This document shows, in pieces, positions 59,734 through 64,000 of a stretch of DNA of 64,000 bases (the first letter of the stretch is position 1; each line of letters begins with the position of its first letter). The notes beneath the pieces are model-generated. The model was not told the origin of the DNA, did no database searches, and saw only the letters and a list, made by a program, of their open reading frames with translations. The translations under genes and the position numbers were made by a program. Origin of the DNA: Candidatus Sericytochromatia bacterium (GTDB lineage: Bacteria; Cyanobacteriota; Sericytochromatia; UBA7694; JACMQJ01); NCBI GenBank assembly GCA_046328015.1, contig JAXLXH010000001.1, positions 2,546,350 to 2,610,349 on the forward strand, given 5' to 3'.

Positions 59734-61116
59734 ATGATTAAAGAACATCCAAAAGTCCTTATAGTTGAAGATCAAAATATTGTTGCATTAGATCTAGAAA
59801 ATTCTTTAAGATCTTTAAAATATAATGTTACAGGTATAGCTTTTTCTGGAGCTGGAGCTATAAAAAAAACTCAAGAGACTTTACCAGATATAATTTTAAT
59901 GGATATTACCTTAAAAGGAGATATGGATGGTATTAATGCTGCACAAGAAATAAAAAAAAGATTTGATATACCTATAATATACTTAACTGCTTACACTGAT
60001 TCTGCTACTATTGAAAGAGCAAAAAAAACAGAACCATTAGGTTATTTAATAAAACCATTTGAAGAAAAAGAGTTAAATAGAGTAATAGAACTAGCTTTAT
60101 ATAAGCACAAAATAGATAAAAAAACTAAAGAGAAAGAAGTTATTAGCAAAAGCATCTTAAATTCTTTAGATTCTGCTATTATTAGATTAAATAAAGATTT
60201 AAATATTATTTTTGCTAATAAAAAATTTTTAGAAATTTCTGAATATACTGAAAAAGAACTATATAATAAAAGTTTAAAAGAACTTTTTATATCTCTAAAT
60301 TTAGATGGTGCTTATAATGATAAAGAAGTTATTTTAATAACTAGATCTGGTGATAATAAATTACTATCATTAAAAATTAATTATGATAATGATGATAATG
60401 ACTTAATGATAGGAATAAATATTATATTAGATGAACTAAAAGAAAATAATACATTGTTCAGCTTAAAATATATAGAAAAAAGCATAAACTTACTTTTAGA
60501 TATATGCAACAATCATGCAGATGGTATTTTTAATACTTTAACTGGATTAAAATTTAATTTTAGTGTAATAGAAAAAAATAATAATAATGAACTAATAATT
60601 AATAATATTAATTTTATGAAAGAATATGGTATTAAATTAGAAAAAAATATTAGTAATCTTTTTGAATTTTCTCAAAAAACTTTTATTATAAAAGAAACTG
60701 TACCTTTATTAAATATTTTAGAAAAAGTTTTAAAAAAAATTAAATATGATAATTTTGAGATAGATATTTCTAATAAAGATATTGTGTATTGTGATATAGA
60801 AAGTATTTCAGAAGCAATATATCAAATAATTCTAAATGCTTTAGAAGCATCAGAATATGACTCAAAAATAAGTTTATTTACAAACAAAATTATTATTAAT
60901 AATCAAAGTTTTTTAAAATTTTCTATAAAAGACGAAGGTATAGGAATAGAAGAAAAAAACTTGAATAAAATATTTGAGCCATACTTTTCAACTAAATGTA
61001 AAAAAGGAATTGGTTTAACAAAAGCTATGATAAATATAAGTAAAAATGATGGATTTATAACTTTTGAACAAAACTATCCTTCTGGAGTTATTTTTAACAT
61101 ATTTATTCCAATATAA
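59734..61116 (+). CDS. response-regulator receiver fused to PAS-like and HATPase-like C-terminal domains (hybrid)
   Basis: REC with 'ILMDITLKGDMDG' phospho-acceptor Asp and 'YLTAY...LIKP'. C-terminal 'IKDEGIGIEEKNLNKIFEPYFSTK..GIGL' G1/G2-like boxes. Confidence 0.65.
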   Translation: MIKEHPKVLIVEDQNIVALDLENSLRSLKYNVTGIAFSGAGAIKKTQETLPDIILMDITLKGDMDGINAAQEIKKRFDIPIIYLTAYTDSATIERAKKTEPLGYLIKPFEEKELNRVIELALYKHKIDKKTKEKEVISKSILNSLDSAIIRLNKDLNIIFANKKFLEISEYTEKELYNKSLKELFISLNLDGAYNDKEVILITRSGDNKLLSLKINYDNDDNDLMIGINIILDELKENNTLFSLKYIEKSINLLLDICNNHADGIFNTLTGLKFNFSVIEKNNNNELIINNINFMKEYGIKLEKNISNLFEFSQKTFIIKETVPLLNILEKVLKKIKYDNFEIDISNKDIVYCDIESISEAIYQIILNALEASEYDSKISLFTNKIIINNQSFLKFSIKDEGIGIEEKNLNKIFEPYFSTKCKKGIGLTKAMINISKNDGFITFEQNYPSGVIFNIFIPI

Positions 61117-61171
61117 GCTCAAAATACTAAGAAAGATAACTGATATAGCTAATCTCTTATAGTTATCCTAA

Positions 61172-61208
61172 AGTTATTCTGAACTAGATTCAGGATCTTA
61201 CAGAATAA
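61172..61208. repeat. hairpin 'gttattctgaactagattcaggatcttacagaataac' (family-C-related motif)
   Basis: 9-bp inverted ends. Contains 'ttcaggat'. Confidence 0.45.
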
Positions 61209-61281
61209 CAAAGTATATTTTTATAATAATTTTAAGTATAGCTAATTATAAACTTATAGCTATTGATTTAAATATACTAAA

Positions 61282-61380
61282 AAAGAATTGGTTTGCATTT
61301 TTTCAATCAGTGAGTCTATAGATGAAACAGTTGGTTGCAACCAACTGTTTCAGGGGAATATGATTTTGAAAAAATGCAAC
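61282..61380. repeat. nested palindrome: outer 'gcattttttcaatca/tgattttgaaaaaatgc' arms around a perfect 28-bp palindrome 'gaaacagttggttgcaaccaactgtttc'
   Basis: Read directly. Lies between convergent genes (61116 + end, 61381 - end). Confidence 0.65.
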
Positions 61381-63438
61381 CTATAAAATATTAACTATAG
61401 AAAATCTTTTTACATCTTCTCTATCATTTTTTAGGTGTTTTATAATTATAATTCCTTTTCTAAGATAAATATCTTTAAAGACAACCTCTATTTGTTGATT
61501 AACTTCTAAGCGACCTACCCAATCTTTCATTAAAGGTAACTCAATAAGAATTTCTGGTAAATGTACTATATATTTATCATCACTAGAATCTACCACAATA
61601 GCAGTAGTTTTATAACCTAAAAATTCCTTTAAATATTTACATAACCAATATCTAATAGTACTTCTTTGAATAATATTACATACATTTAGAGAATGTTCTG
61701 TAAAATTAATTATTTCTTTTATCTCAGCTTCATTATAAAAAGGTTTTCCTTCTCTGAGAAAAGATTTTATTTGTCTATGAATAACCAAATCACTATATCT
61801 TCTAATTGGTGAGGTCATTTGACAATAATAATCTATGCCTAAACCATTATGTTTATCTGGAACTGTAGATACTTCTGATTTTTTCATCAGTCTTCTTTGT
61901 TGATAAAGTTTTACAATTTCACTAACATTTGGAGCAAACTCTAAAACTTCTGAAGGTTCTTCTTGAGATCTAAAAATAGCAGGGATCTTATTTTTATATA
62001 AAAATTCTGCTACCAGATAATTTGTAAGAATCATTAATTCTGATACTAAACCTTGTGTTGGGCTATTATTTTTATATTTACCAATAAAAATATTTTTATT
62101 CTCATCAACTTTTAATTTTAACTCTACAAAATTTAAAATTACAGCTCCATTATTAATTCTTTTTTCTTTTAAAAATTCCGATATTTGAAATAATTTAGAT
62201 AATCTTTTATCTTCAAAACAAATTTCATCTGCATAATTATAAGATAGTTTTTTATCTACATTTATAAGAGATTCAAAAACAGTTGAACCTATAATATTAT
62301 TATCATGATCAAAATTAACTAAAAGAGTTAAAGCTGGTCTATCTTCTGATTCAACTAAGCTACAAACAATTTCAGAAAGATTTTGTGGTAACATTTCTAT
62401 TTTTCTATCTGGTAAATAAATAGTAGTAGCTCTTGAAAAAGCTTCTTTATCTACTAAAGAATCTTTTTCTATAAAACTAGCTGCATCAGCTATATGAATA
62501 TAAACGTCATAACCATTTTCTGTTTCTTCTATAGAAATAGCATCATCTATATCTTTTGTTTCCTCATCATCTATAGTTATGGTATATAAACTTCTTAAAT
62601 CTTTTCTGTATTGTGTATCTCCAACTAAATCAAATTTTATAGTTTCAATATAATCTAAAACAGTTTTAGAAAAAGTAGTTGGTATTTTGTATTCTCTTAA
62701 TAATAAGTTTTCATCAGGATCAAAAATATTAGCTTTTACTAATAAATCTATTAAAAAATCTTGCATATTAGGAATATTATGATTAATTTCTGTCATTAAA
62801 GCTGCAACTTCAGGGTATTTTTCATCTCTAGAATCTAAGACAGCCGAACTAATTAACATATCTAAAGTTTTATCTGCTCCTTGTGGTTTTTCTATATTAT
62901 TATTTCCAGAAATAATACCTTTCAACCATTCTATAGTAAGCTTTTTTTGTTGTTCTCTTTCTTCTTCAAGTTTTTTTTGTTGAATAATTTGATTTACAAC
63001 TTTTTCTTCTTTAGGGGTAAAAAAACCTTCAGCTTTTTGTTCGAAATAAATACCATCTTCTATTAAGGCTCTAAACATAGAAGCTTTTTTATAGGTATCA
63101 TCAGCTTCAGAAAAATATAAATCTGTTAATTGAGCTACATCATATTTTTCAGTTTCTTCATCTTTTAATAATTCCCATAAATCTACTAAATTTATTTCTT
63201 CAACAAATTCTTCAGCTTTATCTGTATATTCTCGTAAGCTTTCTATTAGTTCAAATCTTGCTCTGTTAGTATTTAAGACTTTATTAGTAATATGTCCTAT
63301 CTTATTTATAGGCAAATTAAACTCTTTATTAGATTCATTTACTACCCTTAAAGTTTTTGATTCAACTTTTAAACAAACAACACTAGTAACTTTCTTTTTA
63401 TCTCTAAATTCTATTACTAGCCCCTCTTTTATAGACAT
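61381..63438 (-). CDS. rnr: RNase II/R-family 3'-5' exoribonuclease
   Basis: RNB catalytic region 'IDDAISIEE...HIADAASFI', 'LPDRKIEMLP'. C-terminal S1-like region. Confidence 0.85.
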   Translation of the reverse strand: MSIKEGLVIEFRDKKKVTSVVCLKVESKTLRVVNESNKEFNLPINKIGHITNKVLNTNRARFELIESLREYTDKAEEFVEEINLVDLWELLKDEETEKYDVAQLTDLYFSEADDTYKKASMFRALIEDGIYFEQKAEGFFTPKEEKVVNQIIQQKKLEEEREQQKKLTIEWLKGIISGNNNIEKPQGADKTLDMLISSAVLDSRDEKYPEVAALMTEINHNIPNMQDFLIDLLVKANIFDPDENLLLREYKIPTTFSKTVLDYIETIKFDLVGDTQYRKDLRSLYTITIDDEETKDIDDAISIEETENGYDVYIHIADAASFIEKDSLVDKEAFSRATTIYLPDRKIEMLPQNLSEIVCSLVESEDRPALTLLVNFDHDNNIIGSTVFESLINVDKKLSYNYADEICFEDKRLSKLFQISEFLKEKRINNGAVILNFVELKLKVDENKNIFIGKYKNNSPTQGLVSELMILTNYLVAEFLYKNKIPAIFRSQEEPSEVLEFAPNVSEIVKLYQQRRLMKKSEVSTVPDKHNGLGIDYYCQMTSPIRRYSDLVIHRQIKSFLREGKPFYNEAEIKEIINFTEHSLNVCNIIQRSTIRYWLCKYLKEFLGYKTTAIVVDSSDDKYIVHLPEILIELPLMKDWVGRLEVNQQIEVVFKDIYLRKGIIIIKHLKNDREDVKRFSIVNIL

Positions 63439-63458
63439 TTATACCTCTTTCTATAATC

Positions 63459-63578
63459 AATTTAAGACCTCATGCAGGGGGGACACCCTGTAGGAGGAGG
63501 GCAGCTTTGGCTCTGCCTATATACCACCCTGAAAACCTAGAGCATAGCTCTTAGATATTCTCTAATAAGAATAAAATT
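63459..63578. repeat. family-A GC-rich element copy 3 (reverse orientation) with 'attctctaataagaataaaatt' tail
   Basis: Reverse complement aligns to 12679-12784 ('gagct.tgctct.gg.tttcaggg.gg.a...cctcctac.ggg...cc.tg.a.gaggtcttaaatt'). Confidence 0.75.
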
Positions 63579-63711
63579 TCCTACATTGTAACAAAAAAAT
63601 TAATTGTTATGAATAGCTAAATTAGTATATTTAGCTTATTTTTTCTAGCATTAAAGTTACTATATTGTTAAAATATAAGATAATTTAATATTTTAATTTA
63701 AAAAATAAAAA

Positions 63712-64000
63712 GTGAAAAACATACTAATAATTATTATATTTTTATTCTTTTTCTCATCTAATGCAAATGCAGATGAAGCAAAAAGATATTTATTAAAAGA
63801 TCAAAAAGTTACAGAAGTACTAGTTTTACCTTTTAATTATAAAGATAAAAAAATAAGCGATAAAGTTACAGAATTTTTTATAAACGAATTACAAAAAAAT
63901 AAAAATAATATATCTATTACTAAAGAAGCAACTTATTTAAAGTTAGGATTTCATAATAGTTCTAAAAGATTGGATACTTTTTTATTAAGAAATAGTACTA
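63712..64000 (+). CDS. 5' part of a secreted hypothetical protein (runs off window end)
   Basis: GTG start after 'aaaaag'. Signal peptide 'MKNILIIIIFLFFFSSNANA'. Open to the window end. Confidence 0.35.
   Translation, partial: MKNILIIIIFLFFFSSNANADEAKRYLLKDQKVTEVLVLPFNYKDKKISDKVTEFFINELQKNKNNISITKEATYLKLGFHNSSKRLDTFLLRNST

Overview
The window is very AT-rich bacterial chromosomal DNA, about a quarter G+C by eye. Genes show Shine-Dalgarno-like sequences upstream (e.g. aaggag before 49477 and 56833), many lipobox signal peptides and Lys/Asn-rich proteins. I cannot assign a phylum from the sequence alone.

Housekeeping genes are present: dnaE, cysS, ilvE, rnr, a SEDS FtsW/RodA gene, an M20 peptidase, an acyl-CoA carboxyltransferase, and an aromatic amino-acid operon (pheA, aminotransferase, GrpB-tyrA, DAHP-synthase/chorismate-mutase). 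Between them sits a large amount of accessory and decaying material.

The main observations:
- An arsenic island, arsR-arsI-arsC-acr3, lies next to a tyrosine recombinase.
- A heavy-metal/alkylation cluster holds a P1B-ATPase, a GFA-family protein and an Ada/Ogt fusion.
- There are at least five families of short GC-rich interspersed elements resembling MITEs or REPs, and they dominate the local architecture. Some sit inside an operon. Some flank discrete cassettes: a GxxExxY gene, and a 3.3 kb SEC-C + HAD-fusion cassette. Some supply start codons or Shine-Dalgarno sequences, and one fragment is embedded in-frame in a histidine-kinase gene.
- Decay is evident. The D-Ala-D-Ala ligase gene is a pseudogene with an in-frame TAA and at least three frameshifts. 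A TPR gene has a frameshifted 5' end. A paralogue of a glycine-zipper gene is a collapsed remnant. A 2.5 kb AT 'desert' holds degraded reading frames, short iteron-like repeats and a 24-codon Fst-like peptide ORF behind a perfect Shine-Dalgarno sequence.
- Candidate novel functional units are a Gly-zipper/secreted protein pair beside the integrase, a Peptidase_C39_2-like protein plus a TPR-matrixin pair, a tandem MshEN (c-di-GMP-binding) repeat protein translationally coupled to dnaE, and the MITE-bracketed HAD-fusion cassette.
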